58,146 bases of DNA. Source: a virus (lineage: Duplodnaviria > Caudoviricetes). Location of the stretch: the IMG/VR virus record IMGVR_UViG_3300022920_000008, positions 1 to 58,146 of that record; one strand, 5' to 3'. This document shows positions 30,430-40,780 of this stretch, piece by piece; positions within the stretch are counted from its first letter, which is position 1; each line of letters starts with the position of its first letter. The notes beneath the pieces were generated by a model. The model had not been told where the DNA came from, did no database searches, and worked only from the letters and a program-made list of their open reading frames with translations. A program made the position numbers and the translations under genes.

Positions 30430-30987
30430 TTATAGACCTTTAGGCGGGACGATATGGAGAAGATGTTCTGGCCAATCCAAGTATTGTTGCCAATTATGAT
30501 CAGGAATTTTAAGATCATATGTTTTTGCTAGGTTATTGATACTAAACCAGCTTGGGCGTGTGGGCGCTTTTTTAGGCTTAACAAGCTTATGCCCTTTATC
30601 TGTATTACATTTTTGGCAACTTGCTACTGTGTTGAGCCATGTATTTGCTCCACCTAGTACACGTGGTACAACATGGTCAATTGTTAGCTCACTATAACTA
30701 AATTGCTTTTCGCAATACTGACAATGGAAGTTGTCTCTAATAAACAAATTTTTTCTAGTAAATTTTGCTGATTTAGGTTGACGTTGGAATCTGTTCAACA
30801 TAATAACACTAGGACACGGCATCTCAAAATTTGCACTATGTAGTACAATATCTGGATAGTTGTGTAATATTTTTACTTTGTCTGAGAAATATGACTTAAC
30901 CGCTGTTTGCCAACCTATTGTACTAAGTGGCAGATAACTAACTGGTTGTGCATCTGCGTTTAGTAACAGTACTTGCTGACTGGGCAT
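30430..30987 (-). CDS. HNH endonuclease (McrA-like)
   Basis: RDNFHCQYC...LTIDHVVPR..GG...W.N.VASCQKCN..KG. Confidence 0.9.
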   Translation of the reverse strand: MPSQQVLLLNADAQPVSYLPLSTIGWQTAVKSYFSDKVKILHNYPDIVLHSANFEMPCPSVIMLNRFQRQPKSAKFTRKNLFIRDNFHCQYCEKQFSYSELTIDHVVPRVLGGANTWLNTVASCQKCNTDKGHKLVKPKKAPTRPSWFSINNLAKTYDLKIPDHNWQQYLDWPEHLLHIVPPKGL

Positions 30988-30990
30988 AAG

Positions 30991-31731
30991 TTATTGATTC
31001 CGTAAATTATAGAGGTCGACGATTTGTCTCATTCTTGATTGAGTTAGACCTGGTAAGAATTTACGCTGGTCAACGTAGTAAATATATTCACATTGCTGTT
31101 TTGCAATAGGGTCTTTTTGACGTGGATACTCTCCACGTATTAGGTTAATACCTTTAGACTGTAGCATACTTCTTGGTGTATGTCTACCATAATTACCTAA
31201 CATCATTATTTTTGCTTCGCTTTGGGTGCGTAAACGATCTTTTCCATTATTGATTAATGCAGTAGCTACATAATCCCAGTTGCGTTCTAATATATATGGT
31301 TTTAAGTCAAATTTAACAATTTCTGATCCAACTTTATCCCAAGCGCCTGTAAAAAAGTACAAACTTACCATAGCATCATACTGTGTTTGTGTTAGCGTGT
31401 CAAGTGGAAAAAACTTTTTAAATGCACGTTCTTTGTTTTTAAAATTGTCAATCCAATATCCATAAGCTTCTGATTCTTCTAGTGCAACTGGATTGTTTAA
31501 TTTTTCTGTTAAGCCATATCCAATTTGCAACTGTTTTGTTTTTTTGTTTTTGTTTTTATACGGTATGTAAGGAGTTTGACGTAATGCAAAATTAATCAAC
31601 AAGTCACTAGTTTCTAAATCACTTAGCGGAATCAAAGTATTACTAATGTTAGCTTCAACTTTAGGAAAAATTGTAAAGTCAATAAGCATATCGCTTGTTA
31701 CTTTTGAGGGTCTAACTACGTACTGTGGCAT
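30991..31731 (-). CDS. phage lysozyme (GH24)-like protein, catalytic residues degenerate
   Basis: QIGYG and LTQTQYDAMVSLYF match GH24 TIGYG and LTQNQFDALVSF; immediately after gp5. Confidence 0.5.
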   Translation of the reverse strand: MPQYVVRPSKVTSDMLIDFTIFPKVEANISNTLIPLSDLETSDLLINFALRQTPYIPYKNKNKKTKQLQIGYGLTEKLNNPVALEESEAYGYWIDNFKNKERAFKKFFPLDTLTQTQYDAMVSLYFFTGAWDKVGSEIVKFDLKPYILERNWDYVATALINNGKDRLRTQSEAKIMMLGNYGRHTPRSMLQSKGINLIRGEYPRQKDPIAKQQCEYIYYVDQRKFLPGLTQSRMRQIVDLYNLRNQ

Positions 31732-32918
31732 TATTGTTGTTTACCTTCACCAGTTGTAAATGCTTCTTGGACACCTGGAACACCATTCCATGGATGTCGT
31801 TCTGGAACACGACCAGCAGCACTCTGTGTAACTCCACTATTTTCAACTAATCCGTTGGGTGTTGGTTTAGTTGCAGAATCTGCGGCGGCTCCACTATTAG
31901 TATTAATTGTTGGTGCTGTCATTTTAATTTGGGCAGAACTTTTACCACTAAGGCTTCCAGTTGCTTCAATATTAGTTGTGCCTGTTGAATGTGTATCAAT
32001 ATTTCCGTCTGTGGCTGCTTTAATTCCATCAGCACCAGCTTGTATGTTTATACCTTGATCAGCTTGCATATTAATATTACCCTGTGCGTGAAAATTTATA
32101 TCTTCACCACTTGCTATACTAAAACTATTATCGCTATAGATATCAATTTGCCCTTCAGCGTTCATTTCAATATGTGTACTGCCGCCTTGATTTGTTATGA
32201 ATACAATACCAGTGCTGTCATCAATTAATACTTGCCCGCCACCTGGTGTTTTTATTCTCATATTTTGACTACCTGCACCATCTGCAGCCCCGTCATCCAT
32301 TGTTATACTTGCTCCACCTGGTGTTGTAATTCCCATAACTTTACTTGGGCTTTCACGTCTAGCACTTGACATACTGTGTCCGCGAACATAGTCTTGATCT
32401 AAACCTTGATCATTTAATGTTTCAGCTCTCTCTGTATTTCCTGGCTTACTATACGGGTCACTTGTGTCATTTGGATTTTGTTCTGCCACTGGTGCAATTT
32501 CGCCATCTTTTGTTTCAGCACTTGCATTGCCACCTAAATTGTGGTTGGTTGGTGCGGTAATAAGTCCGCCCATAAGAACTGGATTGCGCATGCCTGGATT
32601 AAATTGTACTAATACAGTTGTACCAGGTGCTGGAGGTTGCATCCACATACCAAAGCTTTTAGCAGTACCTGCAGGATCAGACACGTCATCGTTCAATCCC
32701 ACATTAGTGGCACCGCCCATTGGTGTCATCATTAATGCACTAAATTCAGCATCACTTTCAAACTCACCAATTTTAACAGTTACACGTCCAGTATTAGTTG
32801 TATCAACATTGTCAACAACTTGAGCAACATACATTCCGTCAGGTGATACATTATTGTTTCCTAGTCTATTACTTGCGTCAGGGCTTGTTGTACCACGTGT
32901 TCTACTATTTCCACTCAT
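31731..32918 (-). CDS. gp5: baseplate hub central spike gp5/VgrG-like
   Basis: AQVVDNVD....GRV.V OB-fold, SFGMWMQPP..GT.VLV.F, SSARRESPS, beta-helix repeats, RVPERHPW. Confidence 0.8.
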   Translation of the reverse strand: MSGNSRTRGTTSPDASNRLGNNNVSPDGMYVAQVVDNVDTTNTGRVTVKIGEFESDAEFSALMMTPMGGATNVGLNDDVSDPAGTAKSFGMWMQPPAPGTTVLVQFNPGMRNPVLMGGLITAPTNHNLGGNASAETKDGEIAPVAEQNPNDTSDPYSKPGNTERAETLNDQGLDQDYVRGHSMSSARRESPSKVMGITTPGGASITMDDGAADGAGSQNMRIKTPGGGQVLIDDSTGIVFITNQGGSTHIEMNAEGQIDIYSDNSFSIASGEDINFHAQGNINMQADQGINIQAGADGIKAATDGNIDTHSTGTTNIEATGSLSGKSSAQIKMTAPTINTNSGAAADSATKPTPNGLVENSGVTQSAAGRVPERHPWNGVPGVQEAFTTGEGKQQ

Positions 32919-34696
32919 AACTGTTCCATTCTGTTTTTAACTAACTCAGTAGTCAAATCGTCACGCTTTACCGCTTCAATAGTTTGTGTAAACGCACCGC
33001 TTTGAAATCTACTACTAATTGATTGTACTGTATATATTCCGCTTGTTAAATAATCTAACTCGCCTCTGCGTTGCTGTCCTACCCTTGCAATGTCTTGTGT
33101 GGGCAAATAATTTAAGTAAGCGATTAAAACATCTCCGTTAGCTCTGTCAGAAACCACAGTATTATTAACTGCGTCATTATTTGGAAATGCATCAGCAGCA
33201 CCTAACCAATAAGGATCTCCTTTGATATCCATATTTAAATTCATAAATCCAGTTTCATTTGAATTAAACTGACCCTGGGATGCACTTGCAGTTCCGTCTG
33301 TTGTTGACTCTACCGAAGCTTGATCAGCCGCTCTTGTTTGATCAAGTTCTCTCATACTTTCTACTACACTATCCAATGTACGTGGTGGCACTGAGTTGTT
33401 CGCTCTCCTTGGATCAGTTGCATCAGGGTCTGGTGTTGTCTGTGGAATAATACTTTCGTTTGTTCTTGTTCCAAAACTAGGAGGCATACTGGCAAAAAAT
33501 TGTGCGTTTATGTTTAATTCTAAATTCGTAATCTCAGTATTCAATCCAGTATACAAATAATCATAACGCTTACATATAAAGTTTGTCATATTATTAAAGA
33601 AAGTATTTTGTAATCTAGGATCGCTGCGGTTTGCATTTTCTTCTGCAGGAGTGTCTGCAGGTTCTCTTTCAAATGTTTGTGCAACATCTGCAAAAATAGT
33701 TAACTCTTGTACAATCTGATTTGTTGTTTCATCTCGATCTTCTTGAATACGGGTGGATGGTGTTACAATAATTTTAGGTATTGATTCTTCCCAACGTGCA
33801 TCTCTTCTACGCTCTGTTAGTCCTGGAATAATTTTATTAAGTTCAGTAAACAAGTAACTAACTATATTTGTGTTACTTGGAATACTAATCAATGCCTGTC
33901 CTGCACCTTGCTGTTGACTTATGGCGGCACTTAATGAACCAACACCATGAATTGGCTGTGATAAAAATTCCTGCATACCTGGACCAGGTACAATTTTCCA
34001 AATTTTGTTAATCACATTAACTTGGTCTTCTGGACGTTCTCTTCTTATATTTGCTTCGTTTTCATTTAATGCCGCTTCAACATTAGAAAAATAATCTTGC
34101 AGTGTGTTAACCGCACTAGCACTTACGGCTGTTGGCGATCTAGCAATGTCTAAACTAGTACGGCTTTGTGTAGTACATATAAAGTTATACATCGTACCTT
34201 GTGCGGATATACTAGCATTAATTGTTTGTACTCCCATTTGGAAAAATAATGTAGCAGGATGCTTTACAACTGTGTCGGAGCCAGGATTTCTTCCTAAAAA
34301 TTCCATCTTAAGAACAAACTTACTATTTTGAAATGATGCATAGTTGTATTTTTTAATATACGAAAGTAAGTTTTTATATAGTTTAAAACCTAATACTTCA
34401 TGTAAATCAAATTGTATAGTACTTACACTAGTATTCATAGTTGCTTCACTTCCGTTAATTGCACGAGAAGTAAATGCTATATTGTCAATACCAAAGTCAG
34501 CAGTATGTCCGCTTTGTGATACTAAGTATGCATTTCCAGATGCAAGAATTGGTACATCATTTTTTAACAGATCAGGATTATTCCATACATCAACACTAGT
34601 CAAGTAAAGACTAGCATTATATGTAGGTAAATTGACTGTACTCATCCAATTTGGTTTAATTGATGATGATGATCTGATGGTTGGTATTAATGCCAT
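32915..34696 (-). CDS. baseplate hub protein (gp27-like)
   Basis: Synteny between gp53 and gp5; C-terminal IKGDPYWL...SGIY.V..I.S.F..G.FTQTI. Confidence 0.6.
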   Translation of the reverse strand: MALIPTIRSSSSIKPNWMSTVNLPTYNASLYLTSVDVWNNPDLLKNDVPILASGNAYLVSQSGHTADFGIDNIAFTSRAINGSEATMNTSVSTIQFDLHEVLGFKLYKNLLSYIKKYNYASFQNSKFVLKMEFLGRNPGSDTVVKHPATLFFQMGVQTINASISAQGTMYNFICTTQSRTSLDIARSPTAVSASAVNTLQDYFSNVEAALNENEANIRRERPEDQVNVINKIWKIVPGPGMQEFLSQPIHGVGSLSAAISQQQGAGQALISIPSNTNIVSYLFTELNKIIPGLTERRRDARWEESIPKIIVTPSTRIQEDRDETTNQIVQELTIFADVAQTFEREPADTPAEENANRSDPRLQNTFFNNMTNFICKRYDYLYTGLNTEITNLELNINAQFFASMPPSFGTRTNESIIPQTTPDPDATDPRRANNSVPPRTLDSVVESMRELDQTRAADQASVESTTDGTASASQGQFNSNETGFMNLNMDIKGDPYWLGAADAFPNNDAVNNTVVSDRANGDVLIAYLNYLPTQDIARVGQQRRGELDYLTSGIYTVQSISSRFQSGAFTQTIEAVKRDDLTTELVKNRMEQL

Positions 34697-34987
34697 TTAG
34701 TTAAATCTTTCTGGTACCTGTATTTCTAAACCTGATACAAAGTCAAAAATTGGATCTGATAATTCATCTTGATTGAATTTTGCGAACACCCACCACAAGT
34801 TACTATCGCCATATAATTTATGTGCTAGCAAATCAGGTCGTAAGTTATATTTGTTTTCGATTGTATAATCAGACAATCCATAGTCTTTAGTGAAATCTAT
34901 TTCTGAATTGTATATGTCCAGATATTTATTATCAATAATAGTAGTGCTTCTGTAAACACTTCCTGCTGAATACTTTGCTATTGCCAT
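34697..34987 (-). CDS. gp53: baseplate wedge gp53-like (LysM-like)
   Basis: YNLRPDLLAHKLYGDSNLWWVF. Confidence 0.8.
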   Translation of the reverse strand: MAIAKYSAGSVYRSTTIIDNKYLDIYNSEIDFTKDYGLSDYTIENKYNLRPDLLAHKLYGDSNLWWVFAKFNQDELSDPIFDFVSGLEIQVPERFN

Positions 34988-35577
34988 TACATAAATCCTC
35001 TATTAAGTGCAGAGCCATTTCTATATCCAGATGCAGTAAAGTTATTTTTTACATCTTCTGGTGCATACTGTGGCATTAATTCTAAACTACACAAAAACAT
35101 TGCTGGTATTTGACCATATGCAGTGTTTACCATATCAATATCTTCTGGCAATACGTAACTAAAACTGCCCACTACAACTGGTGTATTTTCCATATGTAAT
35201 GATCCATATGCACTAAAATTTAGTACTGGAGGAGGTGCACCTGGGTTGCCACTTCGACGTCCAAATTCACCTTTTGTGGCTGATTTAAAAAAATGCAATG
35301 CGGCTGCTGCGTAATCTGCTTCTTCAACTGTCTGTGCTGTAAACTGTGCGGTAATACTAATTGTTGGATTGCGTGTAGAAATCCAATAGTTTGGTTGATA
35401 AACACTGTGTGTTGTTTCATAAGTACCGTAGCTAGCTGCGTGTCCTACCTGTATAGTAGGAGTATATGGGAATGCCACACCTCTAGTCGATCTTAAAGCA
35501 CTGAGTATGCCACCAAATTCAAATGAACTTGAAGCTGTTAATGCTACTTTCTTTGGTACATTTCCTAAATATGCCAT
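34987..35577 (-). CDS. tail-tube initiator/baseplate protein (gp48/gp54-like)
   Basis: GVAFPYTP...GAPPPVLNFSAYG...PVVV.SF...LPEDID. Confidence 0.55.
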   Translation of the reverse strand: MAYLGNVPKKVALTASSSFEFGGILSALRSTRGVAFPYTPTIQVGHAASYGTYETTHSVYQPNYWISTRNPTISITAQFTAQTVEEADYAAAALHFFKSATKGEFGRRSGNPGAPPPVLNFSAYGSLHMENTPVVVGSFSYVLPEDIDMVNTAYGQIPAMFLCSLELMPQYAPEDVKNNFTASGYRNGSALNRGFM

Positions 35578-36197
35578 TATGATAACCTCTCTTTGATAAA
35601 GTCAAATATTTCCTGATCAAACTTTCCAAAGAACTTGACAAATGTATTTTGTTTTTCATTATCGTCCATTCCGCTATCTGACATGTCGTTGCGGAAGTCC
35701 GTGGCACTCATGCCACCTTGCTCTATTGGCATTTCTAAAATGTAAGCACGTTTCATATTACCATCTTCGTAATAAGCTTCCATGCTGTTTAAATCTTTTG
35801 GCAGGGGATGAATTGATGGAGAGCTTTTTAATCTGCCTGCGTCTTTTTCACTAAACACTAATACTACGCCGTTTGTATTTGGATCACGGCCCATTTTATC
35901 CAATTCTGGTCGATATGGACTTGTTTGTACAATATTTTGTATTCCAAACATTTTCTTAGCTATGTATGTTTTTTCTTCAAAGGTAAAGGGGTTTTTGCTG
36001 AAGTTGCCAGCCTTTTGTTGTGTTTGTGCTTCTTTACTTACAGTTGTTGCAACAAACACATTATCTTCTCCAAAACGTCGTGTTAGCTTTTGATACAAAG
36101 CATAATGCCCTGAATGCATAGGTTGAAAGCGTCCGCCGTAAACAACTGTAATTTGCTTGGCTTGGGCTTCTGTTAAGATTATGTCAGAATATCTCAT
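35577..36197 (-). CDS. HxGH nucleotidyltransferase (cytidylyltransferase-like)
   Basis: YGGRFQPMHSGH, NPFTFEEK, MSATDFR. Confidence 0.8.
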   Translation of the reverse strand: MRYSDIILTEAQAKQITVVYGGRFQPMHSGHYALYQKLTRRFGEDNVFVATTVSKEAQTQQKAGNFSKNPFTFEEKTYIAKKMFGIQNIVQTSPYRPELDKMGRDPNTNGVVLVFSEKDAGRLKSSPSIHPLPKDLNSMEAYYEDGNMKRAYILEMPIEQGGMSATDFRNDMSDSGMDDNEKQNTFVKFFGKFDQEIFDFIKERLS

Positions 36198-36217
36198 TAA
36201 GTGTCTCCAATATATTG

Positions 36218-36224
36218 TATTTAT
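36218..36224 (-). promoter_or_regulatory. late promoter ATAAATA heading the baseplate operon
   Basis: gcATAAATAc upstream of the GGAG RBS of 36197. Confidence 0.6.
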
Positions 36225-36240
36225 GCTTTGAAAAAACAGG

Positions 36241-36269
36241 TTGACTGTCTATATGTCCAGTGTTACAAT
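36241..36269 (+). promoter_or_regulatory. sigma70 promoter TTGACT-17-TACAAT with extended -10 TG
   Basis: Upstream of the AGGAG RBS of gp55; divergent from the late baseplate promoter. Confidence 0.75.
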
Positions 36270-36293
36270 GTATATAACTAGGAGAGTATAACC

Positions 36294-37160
36294 ATGGCTA
36301 AAGCACCAAAAAAGTTTTATTTAACGAACAAGGACCTTCTCAAAGAGATCCATAATAGTAAGATGTCTTACTGCTGGATTAGAGAGGAAGGGGATAGTGA
36401 AAAATATTTTTACTTTGATATGATCATTGAGAGTTTGGATGAAATTACACCTGAAAACATTGAACAAGCAAGACAGAATCGTGCAACACGTATGCAAAAG
36501 ACTGCTCATGATGCTGAAGTTAAGCGTTGGGAAAACGGATTAGTGGCAAGACGTACTAAGCCACGTGCTGCTGACTTTTTAGTAGATCCAGCAACAATTG
36601 ATGACAAACAGCTAGTATTTCGTTTAATGACATTTGATCATGTTCCTGATGAACCTGGACGTAAGAACAATCCAAAAACGGTTGCTGATACTAAGACAAA
36701 GGTTAATTTTCCACCATTTAAACATATTGCACTTGTTGAAGGTAAATGGGACGAGTGCGCTCGTAGCCACTGGGCAGGTGGTAAAGACAATGGACACTTT
36801 AGTATTGATCATGGTGTAACAAATCAGAAGCTTGCGGTTATGTACATGAAGTTATGTGAAAGATATAGCCGTAGAGGCAACTGGCGTGGGTATACATATG
36901 TAGACGAAATGCGTAGTCAAGCATTATTGCAATTATCTCAAATTGGATTGCAGTTTAACGAGTTTAAATCACAGAATCCATTTGCATATTATACTGCCGC
37001 AATCAATAATAGTTTTACAAGAGTGTTAAACTTAGAGAAGCGTAACCAAAATATCAGAGATGATATCTTAGAGCAAAATGGTTTGGATCCAAGCTGGACT
37101 AGAACATTTGGTGCTGAATGGGAAAGTATCCAAGAAAATCGTGTAGAAGACAAGAAATAA
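36294..37160 (+). CDS. gp55: late-transcription sigma factor gp55-like
   Basis: YLTNKDLLKEI, NWRGYTYVDEM, FNEFKSQNPFAYYT. Confidence 0.88.
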   Translation: MAKAPKKFYLTNKDLLKEIHNSKMSYCWIREEGDSEKYFYFDMIIESLDEITPENIEQARQNRATRMQKTAHDAEVKRWENGLVARRTKPRAADFLVDPATIDDKQLVFRLMTFDHVPDEPGRKNNPKTVADTKTKVNFPPFKHIALVEGKWDECARSHWAGGKDNGHFSIDHGVTNQKLAVMYMKLCERYSRRGNWRGYTYVDEMRSQALLQLSQIGLQFNEFKSQNPFAYYTAAINNSFTRVLNLEKRNQNIRDDILEQNGLDPSWTRTFGAEWESIQENRVEDKK

Positions 37161-37180
37161 TTAAAGGTTAAATATTTATA

Positions 37181-38203
37181 ATGTTCGATAAGGTAGTAAT
37201 TTTTACTGACATTCACTTTGGCATGAAAAACAATAGCCGTCAACATAACATTGATTGTGAACAGTTTATTATATGGATGATTGATGAAGCTCACAAGCGT
37301 GGCATTAAGAAAGCCTTCTTCTTGGGAGATTGGCATCACAATAGAGCAAGCATCAATGTTAGTACACTAAATTATACAATGAGTAATTTGCAACGACTTA
37401 ATGATGCATTTGACGAAGTTGTTATGATTACAGGCAATCATGATTTGTATTATAGAGAAAAACGTGAGATCCACAGTGTGCCTATGGTAGAGATGTATCC
37501 AAACTTACGCATGATTAATGATGGGATATATGAAGAAGACGGATGTGCATTTATACCTTGGTTGGTTGATGACGAATGGAAAAAACTTAAAGAAGTTAAA
37601 TCACGTTTTGTTTTTGGTCATTTTGAACTTCCTAGCTTTTATATGAATGCAATGGTGCAAATGCCAGATCATGGACATGGCTTAAAAGCTGAACACATGA
37701 GCAAAGCTGAAAAGGTGTTTAGTGGTCACTTCCACAAACGACAAGAAAAAGGCAACATCATTTATCCTGGAAATGCTTTCCCGCATAACTTTAGTGATGC
37801 GTGGGACGACGATCGAGGTTTTACTATTTTAGATTGGGATGGCTCACATGAATACGTTACTTGGAAAGATGCTCCAAAGTATCGTACTATTCCGCTATCT
37901 AAATTGATTGACAGACCTGAAGAAATATTGTCTAATAACACATATTGTCGTGTAGCATTAGATGTACCAATTACATATGAAGAAGCAAACTTTATTAAAG
38001 AAACATTTGCTACACAATATGACTTGCGTGAAATTGCGCTGTTGCCAAGTAAAAAAGAAGAGCATGCCCAAGAGTGGGATAGTAGCGCACAACTAGAAGT
38101 AGAAAATGTAGATAGCATAGTGTTAAATCAACTTAAAGCTATTGATAGTCCTACTATTAGTAATAATATACTTATTGACATTTATAACGGATTGAACCTT
38201 TAA
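37181..38203 (+). CDS. gp47: recombination endonuclease subunit (Mre11/SbcD-like)
   Basis: DIHFG, GDWHH, GNHD and GHFH phosphoesterase motifs. Confidence 0.92.
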   Translation: MFDKVVIFTDIHFGMKNNSRQHNIDCEQFIIWMIDEAHKRGIKKAFFLGDWHHNRASINVSTLNYTMSNLQRLNDAFDEVVMITGNHDLYYREKREIHSVPMVEMYPNLRMINDGIYEEDGCAFIPWLVDDEWKKLKEVKSRFVFGHFELPSFYMNAMVQMPDHGHGLKAEHMSKAEKVFSGHFHKRQEKGNIIYPGNAFPHNFSDAWDDDRGFTILDWDGSHEYVTWKDAPKYRTIPLSKLIDRPEEILSNNTYCRVALDVPITYEEANFIKETFATQYDLREIALLPSKKEEHAQEWDSSAQLEVENVDSIVLNQLKAIDSPTISNNILIDIYNGLNL

Positions 38204-38204
38204 T

Positions 38205-39980
38205 ATGCTAGAAATTAAAAATATCACAGTAAAAAACTTTATGAGCGTGGGTAATGTTACTCAAGCAGTAAATTTTAATCATGACGGATTAACACTTGTG
38301 TTGGGGAATAACTTGGACTTGGGTGGCGATGGTTCACGTAATGGTACAGGAAAAACTACTATTGTTAATGCACTTAGTTATGCGCTATATGGAAATGCCC
38401 TCTACAATATTAAAAAAGACAATCTAGTTAATAAAACTAACAACAAACAAATGATGGTAACTGTAGAGTTTGTAAAGGATGGTATTAATTACACTATTGA
38501 ACGTGGACGTAGACCTAATATATTCCGCTTTATGGTTGGAGGTGTTGATAACTTAGAAGGCGTTAGTGACGAAATGCAAGGCGAAGGTCGCTTAACACAA
38601 ATTGCAATTGAAAAAGTTTTAGGTATGAGCCATACAATGTTTAAGCACATTATGGCACTTAACACTTATACTGATCCGTTCTTAAGTATGCGAGCTAATG
38701 AGCAACGTGACTTAATTGAGCAACTGTTGGGTATTACTCAACTGTCAGAGAAAGCAGACATACTTAAAGACTTGACAAAGCAAAGCAAAGATAGTATTCA
38801 AGAAGAAACATATCGCATACGTGGTATTGAAGAAGCTAATGAACATATTAACAAAAGTATTAGTGATATGGAAAGACGCCAGCGTGTGTGGAACAAGAGC
38901 AATGCTGATCAAATTAATAGACTAGAAACAGATTTACTTGCTTTGCAACAAATTGATATTGATACAGAAATTACCAATCACGCTGCATTTGATGAATACA
39001 ATCAAACAAAAATACAGATTGATACACTAACTAGTGAAGTTGCAAAACTTACAAGTAGCGTAGATCGTGAACAGCGTAGACTTGTCAAAGCACAAAAAGA
39101 TTTACAAGCTACAATGGATCACACCTGTTATGCATGTGGGCAAGAACTACATGATGATGCACACGAAAAGATTCTAGCATCAAAGCAAGAAGCAGTTGAT
39201 GAAAGTCAACTACTAATTAACGAATACGAAGAATCAATTGCAGAGTATAATGAAGCACTTACAAGCATTGGTAATTTAGGAGTTGCTCCTGTGTTACAGT
39301 ATAACACATTACAAGAAGCATATGAGCACCAAAACAAATTATCTAATACTGGTACCGAGATTGAACGAAAGAAAACTGAGATTGATCCATATGCTGAACA
39401 AATTGAGTCACTTAAAGATACTGGTTTGCAGATAGTAAATTGGGATGAGGTAAATAGACTTACGGAGTTAAAGGACCATCAGGACTTCCTTATGAAACTT
39501 TTAACAAATAAAGATAGCTTTATCCGTAAACGTATTATTGAACAAAATTTACAGTTCTTAAACAATCGATTGGAATACTATATTACCAAGCTTGGACTTC
39601 CACATGAAGTACAATTCCAAAGTGATTTAACTGTTAGCATTATACAACTTGGTCAAGACTTAGATTTTGATAATCTATCACGTGGAGAACGTAATAGACT
39701 TATCCTTGGTTTAAGTTGGGCTTTCCGTGATGTATTTGAAAGTATGAATCATCCTATTAATCTTATCTGTATTGATGAGTTGGTAGATAGCGGTATGGAT
39801 ACTGTAGGTGTTGAAAGCGCACTTGGTGTCCTTAAGAAAATGGAGCGAGATCGCGAAAAGAACATTCTATTAATATCTCACAGGGATGAATTGGTAGGAA
39901 GGGTAAATAGTGTTTTACAAGTCACTAAAGAAAATGGCTTTACGACTTTTAACACGGAGATTGAGGTTATTGACGCATAA
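38205..39980 (+). CDS. gp46: recombination ATPase (Rad50/SbcC-like)
   Basis: KNFMS, NGTGKTT Walker A, CYAC zinc hook, LSRGE signature, ICIDE Walker B, ISH. Confidence 0.93.
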   Translation: MLEIKNITVKNFMSVGNVTQAVNFNHDGLTLVLGNNLDLGGDGSRNGTGKTTIVNALSYALYGNALYNIKKDNLVNKTNNKQMMVTVEFVKDGINYTIERGRRPNIFRFMVGGVDNLEGVSDEMQGEGRLTQIAIEKVLGMSHTMFKHIMALNTYTDPFLSMRANEQRDLIEQLLGITQLSEKADILKDLTKQSKDSIQEETYRIRGIEEANEHINKSISDMERRQRVWNKSNADQINRLETDLLALQQIDIDTEITNHAAFDEYNQTKIQIDTLTSEVAKLTSSVDREQRRLVKAQKDLQATMDHTCYACGQELHDDAHEKILASKQEAVDESQLLINEYEESIAEYNEALTSIGNLGVAPVLQYNTLQEAYEHQNKLSNTGTEIERKKTEIDPYAEQIESLKDTGLQIVNWDEVNRLTELKDHQDFLMKLLTNKDSFIRKRIIEQNLQFLNNRLEYYITKLGLPHEVQFQSDLTVSIIQLGQDLDFDNLSRGERNRLILGLSWAFRDVFESMNHPINLICIDELVDSGMDTVGVESALGVLKKMERDREKNILLISHRDELVGRVNSVLQVTKENGFTTFNTEIEVIDA

Positions 39981-40272
39981 GGACAAAAAGTATATATACG
40001 AAAGTCCTGATGGCGGTAAAACCCTAACTCGTCGACTTATCGGCGATACAACCAAAGAAATATTATCTAAATCAGTTGACATCGACATTAGCGATGTTAT
40101 ACTAATAGAACATGTAAAAAACATTAGAAGTAAACAAGACGCTCTTTTTGAAGATGATTTGTTTACAGACTTTGAAGGTTGGGAAATATTGCCCAACTTA
40201 CATGATCCACAGGTAAAAAGACTATTAGGTACCGATGTACTGCAGCAATTGAAAAAAGCACTTGGCGAATAA
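39970..40272 (+). CDS. hypothetical phage protein
   Basis: YIYESPDGGKT motif; probable TTG start at 39970 overlapping the gp46 stop. Confidence 0.6.
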   Translation: MTHKDKKYIYESPDGGKTLTRRLIGDTTKEILSKSVDIDISDVILIEHVKNIRSKQDALFEDDLFTDFEGWEILPNLHDPQVKRLLGTDVLQQLKKALGE

Positions 40273-40744
40273 AAAACAAATTGATTTGTCAGGTTGGACG
40301 TACAAAGGAAAACCAGTTACAGAACTACCAGAAGATTGCGCTGGTTTTGTATACTTAATAACGAATACTACAAACAGCAGAATGTATGTTGGGAAAAAAC
40401 TAGCTAAGTTTTCTAAAACAAGATACAAGATGCACACACAAAAAAATGGCAAAAAAGTAAAAAAGAAAATCAAATCAAAAGTTGACTCAGATTGGCAGAC
40501 ATATTTTGGAAGTTCAAAATTGCTAACTGAAGATATTACTAATATAGGCACAACACAATTCAAAAGAGAAATACTATATTACTGTAGTAGCAAAGGCGAA
40601 TGCTCCTACGTTGAGGCACGAGAACAATTCGAAAGAAAAGTTTTAGAAACAGATGAGTACTACAATGGACATATTCAAGTCCGTGTGCATGGCTCCCATA
40701 TACTAACAGAAAATCTTATTAAAAACTCTCAAAGACACTCTTAA
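40262..40744 (+). CDS. stand-alone GIY-YIG endonuclease (T4 EndoII/Seg-like catalytic domain)
   Basis: GFVYLITN...MYVGKK, YFGSS, F.REIL, YVEAREQF, YYN; no appended DNA-binding domain. Confidence 0.85.
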   Translation: MANKKQIDLSGWTYKGKPVTELPEDCAGFVYLITNTTNSRMYVGKKLAKFSKTRYKMHTQKNGKKVKKKIKSKVDSDWQTYFGSSKLLTEDITNIGTTQFKREILYYCSSKGECSYVEAREQFERKVLETDEYYNGHIQVRVHGSHILTENLIKNSQRHS

Positions 40745-40780
40745 AACACTCCACACAGAACCCTACAAACTGAACAAAAG

